This document shows positions 36,001 through 49,796 of a DNA stretch of 64,000 nt, one piece after another; within the stretch, counting starts at the first letter, position 1; each line of letters starts with the position of its first letter. The notes under the pieces were generated by a model that ran no database searches, was not told the origin of the DNA, and was given only the letters and a program-made list of their open reading frames with translations. The stretch spans positions 421,042,001 to 421,106,000 of the forward strand of contig OZ024740.1 in assembly GCA_964016885.1 (NCBI GenBank), in the 5' to 3' direction. The translations under genes were made by a program, and so were the position numbers. This stretch comes from Eledone cirrhosa. Taxonomy: Eukaryota.

Positions 36001-39000
36001 CATTACATACCAATACCACCAATACCACCCTTCACCATTACATACCAATACCACCAATACCACCCTTCACCATTACATACCAATACCACCAATGTCAGCC
36101 TTCACCATTACATACCAATACCACCAATGTCACCCTTCACCATTACATACCAATACCACCAATGTCAGCCTTCACCATTACATACCAATACCACCCTTCA
36201 CCATTACATACCAATACCACCAATGTCAGCCTTCACCATTACATACCAATACCACCCTTCACCATTACATACCAATACCACCCTTCACCATTACATACCA
36301 ATACCACCAATGTCAGCCTTCACCATTACATACCAATACCACCAATGTCACCCTTCACCATTACATACCAATACCACCCTTCACCATTACATACCAATAC
36401 CACCAATGTCACCCTTCACCATTACATACCAATACCACCCTTCACCATTACATACCAATACCACCCTTCACCATTACATACCAATACCACCAATGTCAGC
36501 CTTCACCATTACATACCAATACCACCAATGTCACCCTTCACCATTACATACCAATACCACCCTTCACCATTACATACCAATACCACCAATGTCAGCCTTC
36601 ACCATTACATACCAATACCACCAATGTCACCCTTCACCATTACATACCAATACCACCCTTCACCATTACATACCAATACCACCAATACCACCCTTCACCA
36701 TTACATACCAATACCACCAATGTCAGCCTTCACCATTACATACCAATACCACCAATGTCACCCTTCACCATTACATACCAATACCACCCTTCACCATTAC
36801 ATACCAATACCACCAATACCACCCTTCACCATTACATACCAATACCACCAATGTCACCCTTCACCATTACATACCAATACCACCAATACCACCCTTCACC
36901 ATTACATACCAATACCACCAATACCACCCTTCACCATTACATACCAATACCACCAATACCACCCTTCACCATTACATACCAATACCACCAATGTCAGCCT
37001 TCACCATTACATACCAATACCACCAATGTCAGCCTTCACCATTACATACCAATACCACCAATACCACCCTTCACCATTACATACCAATACCACCAATACC
37101 ACCCTTCACCATTACATACCAATACCACCAATACCACCCTTCACCATTACATACCAATACCACCAATACCACCCTTCACCATTACATACCAATACCACCA
37201 ATGTCAGCCTTCACCATTACATACCAATACCACCAATACCACCAATGTCACCCTTCACCATTACATACCAATACCACCAATACCACCCTTCACCATTACA
37301 AACCAATACCACCAATGTCACCCATCACCATTACATATCAATACCACCAATGTCACCCTTCACCATTACATACCAATACCACCAATACCACCCTTCACCA
37401 TTACATACCAATACCACCAATGTCACACTTCACCATTACATACCAATACCACCAATGTCACCCTTCACCATTACATATCAATACCACCAATGTCACCCTT
37501 CACCATTACATACCAATACCACCAATGTCACCCTTCACCATTACATACCAATACCACCAATGTCACCCTTCACCATTACATATCAATACCACCAATGTCA
37601 CCCTTCACCATTACATACCAATACCACCAATACCACCCTTCACCATTACATACCAATACCACCAATACCACCCTTCACCATTACATACCAATACCACCAA
37701 TGTCACCCTTCACCATTACATACCAATACCACCAATGTCACCCTTCACCATTACATACCAATACCACCCTTCACCATTACATACCAATACCACCAATGTC
37801 ACCCTTCACCATTACATACCAATACCACCAATGTCACCCTTCACCATTACATACCAATACCACCAATGTCACCCTTCACCATTACATACCAATACCACCA
37901 ATACCACCCTTCACCATTACATACCAATACCACCAATGTCAGCCTTCACCATTACATACCAATACCACCCTTCACCATTACATACTAATACCACCAATGT
38001 CACCCTTCACCATTACATACCAATACCACCCTTCACCATTACATACTAATACCACCAATGTCACCCTTCACCATTACATACCAATACCACCAATGTCACC
38101 CTTCACCATTACATACCAATACCACCAATACCACCCTTCACCATTACATACCAATACCACCAATGTCAGCCTTCACCATTACATACCAATACCACCAATG
38201 TCAGCCTTCACCATTACATACCAATACCACCAATACCACCCTTCACCATTACATACCAATACCACCAATGTCAGCCTTCAGCATTACATACCAATACCAC
38301 CAATACCACCCTTCACCATTACATACCAATACCACCAATGTCACCCTTCACCATTACATACCAATACCACCAATGTCACCCTTCACCATTACATACCAAT
38401 ACCACCAATACCACCCTTCACCATTACATACCAATACCACCAATGTCAGCCTTCACCATTACATACCAATACCACCAATACCACCCTTCACCATTACATA
38501 CCAATACCACCAATGTCAGCCTTCACCATTACATACCAATACCACCAATGTCACCCTTCACCATTACATACCAATACCACCAATGTCAGCCTTCACCATT
38601 ACATACCAATACCACCAATACCACCCTTCACCATTACATACCAATACCACCAATGTCACCCTTCACCATTACATACCAATACCACCAATGTCACCCTTCA
38701 CCATTACATACCAATACCACCAATGTCACCCTTCACCATTACATACCAATACCACCAATGTCAGCCTTCACCATTACATACCAATACCACCAATGTCAGC
38801 CTTCACCATTACATACTAATACCACCAATGTCAGCCTTCACCATTACATACCAATACCACCAATGTCAGCCTTCACCATTACATACCAATACCACCAATA
38901 CCACCCTTCACCATTACAAACCAATACCACCAATGTCACCCTTCACCATTACATACCAATACCACCAATGTCACCCTTCACCATTACATACCAATACCAC

Positions 39001-42000
39001 CAATGTCAGCCTTCACCATTACATACCAATACCACCAATGTCACCCTTCACCATTACATACCAATACCACCAATGTCACCCTTCACCATTACATACCAAT
39101 ACCACCAATACCACCCTTCACCATTACATACCAATACCACCAATGTCACCCTTCACCATTACATACCAATACCACCAATACCACCCTTCACCATTACAAA
39201 CCAATACCACCAATACCACCCTTCACCATTACATACCAATACCACCAATGTCACCCTTCACCATTACATATCAATACCACCAATGTCACCCTTCACCATT
39301 ACATACCAATACCACCAATGTCACCCTTCACCATTACATACCAATACCACCAATACCACCCTTCACCATTACATACCAATACCACCAATGTCACCCTTCA
39401 CCATTACATATCAATACCACCAATGTCACCCTTCACCATTACATACCAATACCACCAATGTCACCCTTCACCATTACATACCAATACCACCAATGTCACC
39501 CTTCACCATTACATACCAATACCACCAATGTCACCCTTCACCATTACATACCAATACCACCAATACCACCCTTCACCATTACAAACCAATACCACCAATA
39601 CCACCCTTCACCATTACATACCAATACCACCAATGTCACCCTTCACCATTACATACCAATACCACCAATGTCACCCTTCACCATTACATACCAATACCAC
39701 CAATGTCACCCTTCACCATTACATACCAATACCACCAATACCACCCTTCACCATTACATACCAATACCACCAATGTCAGCCTTCACCATTACATACCAAT
39801 ACCACCAATGTCACCCTTCACCATTACATACCAATACCACCAATGTCACCCTTCACCATTACATACCAATACCACCAATACCACCCTTCACCATTACAAA
39901 CCAATACCACCAATACCACCCTTCACCATTACATACCAATACCACCAATGTCACCCTTCACCATTACATACCAATACCACCAATGTCACCCTTCACCATT
40001 ACATACCAATACCACCAATGTCACCCTTCACCATTACATACCAATACCACCAATGTCACCCTTCACCATTACATACCAATACCACCAATGTCAGCCTTCA
40101 CCATTACAAACCAATACCACCAATACCACCCGTCACCATTACATACCAATACCACCAATGTCACCCTTCACCATTACATACCAATACCACCAATACCACC
40201 CTTCACCATTACATACCAATACCACCAATGTCACCCTTCACCATTACATACCAATACCACCAATGTCACCCTTCACCATTACATACCAATACCACCAATG
40301 TCACCCTTCACCATTACATACCAATACCACCAATACCACCCTTCACCATTACAAACCAATACCACCAATACCACCCTTCACCATTACATACCAATACCAC
40401 CCTTCACCATTACAAACCAATACCACCAATACCACCCTTCACCATTACATACCAATACCACCAATACCACCCTTCACCATTACATACCAATACCACCAAT
40501 GTCACCCTTCACCATTACATATCAATACCACCAATGTCACCCTTCACCATTACATACCAATACCACCAATACCACCCTTCACCATTACATACCAATACCA
40601 CCAATGTCACCCTTCACCATTACATACCAATACCACCAATACCACCCTTCACCATTACATACCAATACCACCAATGTCACCCTTCACCATTACATACCAA
40701 TACCACCAATGTCAGCCTTCACCATTACATACCAATACCACCAATACCACCCTTCACCATTACATACCAATACCACCAATGTCACCCTTCACCATTACAT
40801 ACCAATACCACCAATGTCACCCTTCACCATTACATACCAATACCACCAATGTCAGCCTTCACCATTACATACCAATACCACCAATGTCACCCTTCACCAT
40901 TACATACCAATACCACCAATGTCAGCCTTCACCATTACATACCAATACCACCAATGTCACCCTTCACCATTACATACCAATACCACCAATGTCACCCTTC
41001 ACCATTACATACCAATACCACCAATGTCAGCCTTCACCATTACATACCAATACCACCAATACCACCCTTCACCATTACATACCAATACCACCAATGTCAC
41101 CCTTCACCATTACATACCAATACCACCAATACCACCCTTCACCATTACATACCAATACCACCAATGTCACCCTTCACCATTACATACCAATACCACCAAT
41201 GTCAGCCTTCACCATTACATACCAATACCACCAATACCACCCTTCACCATTACATACCAATACCACCAATACCACCCTTCACCATTACATACCAATACCA
41301 CCAATACCACCCTTCACCATTACATACCAATACCACCAATACCACCCTTCACCATTACATACCAATACCACCAATACCACCCTTCACCATTACATATCAA
41401 TACCACCAATACCACCCTTCACCATTACATACCAATACCACCAATGTCACCCTTCACCATTACATATCAATACCACCAATACCACCCTTCACCATTACAT
41501 ACCAATACCACCAATACCACCCTTCACCATTACATACCAATACCACCAATACCACCCTTCACCATTACATACCAATACCACCAATGTCACCCTTCACCAT
41601 TACATATCAATACCACCAATACCACCCTTCACCATTACATACCAATACCACCAATACCACCCTTCACCATTACATACCAATACCACCAATGTCACCCTTC
41701 ACCATTACATACCAATACCACCAATACCACCCTTCACCATTACATACCAATACCACCAATACCACCCTTCACCATTACATACCAATACCACCAATACCAC
41801 CCTTCACCATTACATACCAATACCACCAATGTCACCCTTCACCATTACATACCAATACCACCAATACCACCCTTCACCATTACATACCAATACCACCAAT
41901 GTCACCCTTCACCATTACATATCAATACCACCAATACCACCCTTCACCATTACATATCAATACCACCAATACCACCCTTCACCATTACATACCAATACCA

Positions 42001-45000
42001 CCAATACCACCCTTCACCATTACATATCAATACCACCAATACCACCCTTCACCATTACATACCAATACCACCAATGTCAGCCTTCACCATTACATACCAA
42101 TACCACCAATGTCACCCTTCACCATTACATACCAATACCACCAATACCACCCTTCACCATTACAAACCAATACCACCAATACCACCCTTCACCATTACAT
42201 ACCAATACCACCAATACCACCCTTCACCATTACATACCAATACCACCAATGTCACCCTTCACCATTACATATCAATACCACCAATGTCACCCTTCACCAT
42301 TACATACCAATACCACCAATACCACCCTTCACCATTACATACCAATACCACCAATGTCAGCCTTCACCATTACATACCAATACCACCAATACCACCCTTC
42401 ACCATTACATACCAATACCACCAATGTCAGCCTTCACCATTACATACCAATACCACCAATGTCACCCTTCACCATTACATATCAATACCACCAATACCAC
42501 CCTTCACCATTACATACCAATACCACCAATGTCAGCCTTCACCATTACATACCAATACCACCAATGTCACCCTTCACCATTACATACCAATACCACCAAT
42601 ACCACCCTTCACCATTACATACCAATACCACCAATGTCACCCTTCACCATTACATATCAATACCACCAATGTCAGCCTTCACCATTACATACCAATACCA
42701 CCAATACCACCCTTCACCATTACATACCAATACCACCAATACCACCCTTCACCATTACATACCAATACCACCAATGTCACCCTTCACCATTACATATCAA
42801 TACCACCAATACCACCCTTCACCATTACATACCAATACCACCAATACCACCAATGTCACCCTTCACCATTACATACCAATACCACCAATACCACCAATGT
42901 CACCCTTCACCATTACATACCAATACCACCAATACCACCCTTCACCATTACATACCAATACCACCAATACCACCAATGTCAGCCTTCACCATTACATACC
43001 AATACCACCAATGTCACCCTTCACCATTACATACCAATACCACCAATACCACCCTTCACCATTACATACCAATACCACCAATGTCAGCCTTCACCATTAC
43101 ATACCAATACCACCAATGTCACCCCTCACCATTACATACCAATACCACCAATGTCAGCCTTCACCATTACATACCAATACCACCAATGTCAGCCTTCACC
43201 ATTACATACCAATACCACCAATGTCAGCCTTCACCATTACATACCAATACCACCAATACCACCCTTCACCATTACATACCAATACCACCAATACCACCCT
43301 TCACCATTACATACCAATACCACCAATGTCACCCTTCACCATTACATACCAATACCACCAATGTCACCCTTCACCATTACATACCAATACCACCAATACC
43401 ACCCTTCACCATTACATACCAATACCACCAATACCACCCTTCACCATTACATACCAATACCACCAATGTCACCCTTCACCATTACATACCAATACCACCA
43501 ATGTCACCCTTCACCATTACATACCAATACCACCAATGTCACCCTTCACCATTACATACCAATACCACCAATACCACCCTTCACCATTACATACCAATAC
43601 CACCAATGTCACCCTTCACCATTACATACCAATACCACCAATGTCACCCTTCACCATTACATACCAATACCACCAATGTCACCCTTCACCATTACATACT
43701 AATACCACCAATGTCACCCTTCACCATTACATACCAATACCACCAATGTCACCCTTCACCATTACATACCAATACCACCAATGTCACCCTTCACCATTAC
43801 ATACCAATACCACCAATACCACCCTTCACCATTACATACCAATACCACCAATGTCACCCTTCACCATTACATACCAATACCACCAATGTCACCCTTCACC
43901 ATTACATACCAATACCACCAATACCACCCTTCACCATTACATACCAATACCACCAATGTCACCCTTCACCATTACATACCAATACCACCAATACCACCCT
44001 TCACCATTACATACCAATACCACCAATGTCACCCTTCACCATTACATACCAATACCACCAATGTCACCCTTCACCATTACATACCAATACCACCAATGTC
44101 ACCCTTCACCATTACATACTAATACCACCAATGTCACCCTTCACCATTACATACCAATACCACCAATGTCACCCTTCACCATTACATACCAATACCACCA
44201 ATGTCACCCTTCACCATTACATACCAATACCACCAATACCACCCTTCACCATTACATACCAATACCACCAATGTCAGCCTTCACCATTACATACCAATAC
44301 CACCAATGTCACCCTTCACCATTACATACTAATACCACCAATGTCACCCTTCACCATTACATACCAATACCACCAATGTCACCCTTCACCATTACATACT
44401 AATACCACCAATGTCACCCTTCACCATTACATACCAATACCACCAATACCACCCTTCACCATTACATACCAATACCACCAATGTCAGCCTTCACCATTAC
44501 ATACCAATACCACCAATACCACCCTTCACCATTACATACCAATACCACCAATGTCAGCCTTCACCATTACATACCAATACCACCAATGTCACCCTTCACC
44601 ATTACATACTAATACCACCAATGTCACCCTTCACCATTACATACCAATACCACCAATGTCACCCTTCACCATTACATACCAATACCACCAATGTCACCCT
44701 TCACCATTACATACCAATACCACCAATACCACCCTTCACCATTACATACCAATACCACCAATGTCACCCTTCACCATTACATACCAATACCACCAATGTC
44801 ACCCTTCACCATTACATACTAATACCACCAATGTCACCCTTCACCATTACATACCAATACCACCAATACCACCCTTCACCATTACATACCAATACCACCA
44901 ATGTCAGCCTTCACCATTACATACCAATACCACCAATACCACCCTTCACCATTACATACCAATACCACCAATGTCAGCCTTCACCATTACATACCAATAC

Positions 45001-46335
45001 CACCAATACCACCCTTCACCATTACATACCAATACCACCAATGTCACCCTTCACCATTACATACCAATACCACCAATGTCACCCTTCACCATTACATACC
45101 AATACCACCAATGTCACCCTTCACCATTACATACCAATACCACCAATGTCACCCTTCACCATTACATACTAATACCACCAATGTCACCCTTCACCATTAC
45201 ATACCAATACCACCAATACCACCCTTCACCATTACATACCAATACCACCAATGTCAGCCTTCACCATTACATACCAATACCACCAATACCACCCTTCACC
45301 ATTACATACCAATACCACCAATGTCACCCTTCACCATTACATACCAATACCACCAATGTCACCCTTCACCATTACATACCAATACCACCAATGTCACCCT
45401 TCACCATTACATACCAATACCACCAATACCACCCTTCACCATTACATACCAATACCACCAATGTCACCCTTCACCATTACATACCAATACCACCAATACC
45501 ACCCTTCACCATTACATACCAATACCACCAATGTCAGCCTTCACCATTACATACCAATACCACCAATGTCACCCTTCACCATTACATACCAATACCACCA
45601 ATACCACCCTTCACCATTACATACCAATACCACCAATGTCAGCCTTCACCATTACATACCAATACCACCCTTCACCATTACATACCAATACCACCAATAC
45701 CACCCTTCACCATTACATACCAATACCACCAATGTCACCCTTCACCATTACATACCAATACCACCAATGTCACCCTTCACCATTACATACCAATACCACC
45801 AATGTCACCCTTCACCATTACATACCAATACCACCCTTCACCATTACATACCAATACCACCAATGTCAGCCTTCACCATTACATACCAATACCACCAATG
45901 TCACCCTTCACCATTACATCCCAATACCACCAATGTCAGCCTTCACCATTACATACCAATACCACCAATACCACCCTTCACCATTACATACCAATACCAC
46001 CAATACCACCCTTCACCATTACATACCAATACCACCAATACCACCCTTCACCATTACATACCAATACCACCAATGTCAGCCTTCACCATTACATACCAAT
46101 ACCACCAATACCACCAATGTCAGCCTTCACCATTACATATCAATACCACCAATACCACCATTCACCATTACATACCAATACCACCAATGTCAGCCTTCAC
46201 CATTACATACCAATACCACCAATACCACCCTTCACCATTACATACCAATACCACCAATGTCAGCCTTCACCATTACATACCAATACCACCAATACCACCA
46301 TTCACCATTACATACCAATACCACCAATGTCAGCT
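1..46335. repeat. 35-bp tandem satellite, consensus CCCTTCACCATTACATACCAATACCACCAATGTCA (~1300 units, open at left edge)
   Basis: Unit read directly. Common variants GTCAC/GTCAG/ACCAC, with 25-, 26- and 44-bp length variants. Abrupt end at ...AATGTCAGC|TTTCCTGTG. Confidence 0.99.
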
Positions 46336-46894
46336 TTCCTGTGAGCAGTATTTGATATCTTCAGTTCCTAGCCTTGATATTTTTTAAAAACAAAATAAAA
46401 AGTACCAACAACAACAAAAAATTGGTTCCTATAAAAAAGGGTCACCACCTCCCTTTTTTCATCCTGCATCCTTTCCCCAGCTTCATGTGTCACAAGGTTT
46501 TAGGGGATGGTGACCTTTATATATGAACCAGTTGACATAACTAAGTTAATTTGTTCTCTTTCCATCTGAGGAACAACTTTCATCTGAGAAAACCAGCTTA
46601 GATAATATTTTTATTTTCATTCCACTTTCTAAGTTAATGCTTGTAATTTTTACTTTTAACTTTCCCGTTTTTTTATTTTATACGTTTTTGGTGTTATTTC
46701 CTTAAAGAGGGTTTCTTTCCTTGTTTTAACCTCTGTCTCCTTCTTTTCAAGTCATGTTTGCTGCCAAATTCAATGCAATGACATTCATATAAATTCTTTC
46801 TTGGTAAACTTCCTAAACTTATTATCATGGAATGTTTCTAACAATGCCACAATGTTCTTTATGTAAGAAATACTAAATCATGAGAGTGTGTATA

Positions 46895-46928
46895 CAAGCA
46901 GGGAAAAGCGGATGTAAAATGATGATGA

Positions 46929-46932
<4 letters not shown>
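46895..46932 (+). mobile_element. RTE-family 3' tail fragment ending in (GAT)n
   Basis: CAAGCAGGGAAAAGCGGATGTAAAAT(GAT)n is nearly the reverse complement of the tail at ~58970-59008; followed by (TA)n. Confidence 0.6.
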
Positions 46933-46979
<47 letters not shown>

Positions 46980-47285
46980 GTGTATGTGTATGTGTGCATC
47001 TGATTACTCTGTAAACAAATTATTCAATAGTGTATATCTGTTGTAAAACTGCAGAAGATCAGCTCAAGTGCTGCTTTGCCAACAAAACTATGAGTCCTGA
47101 CTCGTCAACTTTCCCATAACATTTTATTTATGTGGTACAAAGGGTGAAAACATAGCTCAACCTTACAGGACGTCCCACTGGTTGATCTTCTCTGTGGAAT
47201 ATCTGTGATCTGTTTCCAGTCCAACTCCAGTCCATAAAAAGCACAGCAATTGTGTTTCACTTTGGTTTTATCATTATTAAAGTTT

Positions 47286-47492
47286 GGTAGATTGGCAGTA
47301 TCAGTAAAGCGTCGGACAATATTTTGCACCATAGAGTTATGACCCTTTACATTCGGAGATCAATTCCCACCGATGTCAGGTTTGCCATTCATCCTTACAG
47401 GGTTGATAAAATAAAGTAGCAGTAACACACTGGGGTCAATTTAATCGACTTTCTCCGTCCCAAAAATTGTTGGCCTTGTAAATAAGAAACCA
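47286..47492 (+). mobile_element. Decayed SINE
   Basis: TTTGCCATTCATCCTTACAGGGTTGATAAAATAAAGTAGCAGT...CACTGGGGTCAAT resembles, from memory, the central domain of Meta-type/cephalopod SINEs. Confidence 0.6.
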
Positions 47493-47504
47493 GTATTAAT
47501 CATG

Positions 47505-47732
47505 TAACTAATCCACTCCTAAACTAATTTAGTAACCAGATAGTTATTTAATTGTTGTAATTATCAACTGTGTCCACAATGACTATTCCATGTCTTCTCT
47601 TCGTTTTGTTTTACCTACACTGTTTATATCATTGAGGAGGTCATGGAAAGTATAGAGAAAGAGTTATAACAATTAACTATGACTATTAAATAACTATCTG
47701 GTTAGTAAACTAGTTGAGGAGTGAATTAGTTA
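47505..47732. mobile_element. Hairpin/MITE-like element with ~48-bp inverted repeats
   Basis: 47505-47552 is the reverse complement of 47685-47732 (4 mismatches). Inner arms TTCCATGTCTTCTC / GAGGAGGTCATGGAA. Confidence 0.7.
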
Positions 47733-47866
47733 ACTAACTAATTATACACACACACACCAGTTGAGTTTCACTTCAGTTTTATATGTTTTTTGTTTTCTTT
47801 ATTGGCAGCATGACTCTACCAAATTAAACAATATATATATATATTATATATATATATTATATATAT

Positions 47867-48796
47867 TCATCATTATCATCTTCGTTTAACGTCCATATTC
47901 CACGCTCGCATGGGTTTGGACAGGAGTTTTCCCACTTGAGGCAAGACTGTTTGTCTTGCTCGCATAGGACTGCCTGGCGGGTTTTCTACGGCTGGATGCC
48001 CTTCCTAACACCAACCACATTTACAGTGTGGAACTGGGAGGTTTTTACCGTGTTACCTACACAGCCACATTACAGCGTGGACTGTGTGTTTTTTTGTCGT
48101 GACACCTACACGACCTCATTTGTTTCGGGCTGGATGTTGTGGTACCAACATAACTTTACATTGAAAGGGGTGGTGTGGGACGGGGATGTATTTTGTTAGA
48201 GGTGCCTACTGACTGTAGTAGGTTTCACTTTGTACTTAGGTAAGGCGGGTCTTCTCTATTACTGTGTAGCGCTAAAGATCTTGGTCCAGTGACATTGTCT
48301 TGGAGAGGTGTAAGTGTGTGAGGTCTGAAATTATCAAGTCGTCCCAGGTTTTTCTGGGTCTGCCTACTCCGTGGTTACCGTCTATTTTTATTGCCCTGCA
48401 CTTTTTTATACAGCTGTCGTCTTTCATGCGCATCACGTGACCATACCAACGTAGTCTTCTCTCGAGTAAACAACATCTGATCCCTCTTATTCCTAATTTC
48501 TCCCTTAGTTCGTTTATGCTTTGCCGTTCACGTATATTACTATTACACATCCAGCAGAGCATGCAAGCTTCGTTTCTCTCCAGTCTGCGTATATCCTCTG
48601 CACACAATGCCCAGGTCTCACTGCCATGTAACATTGCTGTCCGTATGCAGGCATCATACAGCCTGCCTTTCATTTTTAGAGAGAACCCTTTAGCGGCCAA
48701 TAGTGGTATAAGCTCTCTGAACTTTTTCCATCCCGTTCCGACTCTAGCTACTGTACTTTCAGAGCACCCTCCCCCACTGCTGATTTTATTACCAAA
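47867..48796 (-). mobile_element. 5'-truncated RTE-clade LINE (RT C-terminus, 3'UTR, GAT-type tail)
   Basis: RTE-type translation, then 3'UTR and CATCATTATCATC tail. Confidence 0.9.
48272..48793 (-). pseudogene. RTE reverse transcriptase C-terminal fragment
   Basis: GNKISSGGG...KGRLYDACIRTAMLHGSETW...RRLRWYGHVMR...GRPRKTW, typical of the RTE/BovB C-terminus. Confidence 0.9.
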
Positions 48797-48839
48797 TTAA
48801 ACAATATATATATATATTATATATATATATTATATATAT

Positions 48840-49220
48840 TCATCATTATCATCTTCGTTTAACGTCCATATTCCACGCTCGCATGGGTTTGGACAGGAGT
48901 TTTCCCACTTGAGGCAAGACTGTTTGTCTTGCTCGCATAGGACTGCCTGGCGGGTTTTCTACAGCTGGATGCCTTTCCTAACACCAACCACATTTACAGT
49001 GTGGGGCTGGGAGGTTTTTACCGTGTTGCCTACACGGCCACATTTACAGCGTGGACTGTGTGTTTTTTGTCGTGACACCTACACGATCTCATTTGTTTCG
49101 GCCTGGATGTTGTACCAACATAACTTTACATTGAAAGGGGCGGTGTGGGTGGGGTGGAGGTGGTGGGACGGGGGGGTGTTTTGATAGAGATGCCTACTGA
49201 CTGTAGTAGGTTTTTACTTT
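48840..49220 (-). mobile_element. Second RTE 3'UTR copy
   Basis: Direct repeat of 47867-48230 at 973-bp offset, with several substitutions and an indel. Confidence 0.9.
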
Positions 49221-49309
49221 ATATATATATATATATATATATAAATATATATATATTTATATATATATATATATATATAAATATATATATATTTATATAT
49301 ATATATATT

Positions 49310-49373
<64 letters not shown>

Positions 49374-49445
49374 AATATATATATATTTATATATATATAT
49401 ATTTATATATATATATATTTATATATATATATTTATATATATATA

Positions 49446-49511
<66 letters not shown>

Positions 49512-49553
49512 TATATATATTTATATATATATATATTTATATATATATATATT

Positions 49554-49624
<71 letters not shown>

Positions 49625-49629
49625 ATTTG

Positions 49630-49668
<39 letters not shown>

Positions 49669-49671
49669 ATT

Positions 49672-49735
<64 letters not shown>

Positions 49736-49749
49736 TATATATATATAAA
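49220..49749. repeat. (TA)n microsatellite
   Basis: Direct reading. Confidence 0.98.
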
Positions 49750-49796
49750 TCAGGAAAGAAGGTTTACATGGTTTGCTATACAAAAAAGTTTTTAAT

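Noticed and set aside
1-46335. CRISPR array (35-bp repeat)
   Set aside because: No unique spacers, no cas genes, eukaryotic context
19-46387. Giant His/Pro/Thr-rich ORFs as genes
   Set aside because: Same peptide in all three frames, non-triplet unit, frame-agnostic indels and no unique domains
46566-46600. CTGAGGA...GAAA hammerhead-like match
   Set aside because: No pairing stems
47105-47332. 75-aa ORF or possible host exon
   Set aside because: Overlaps a SINE, no recognisable motif, no convincing splice acceptor
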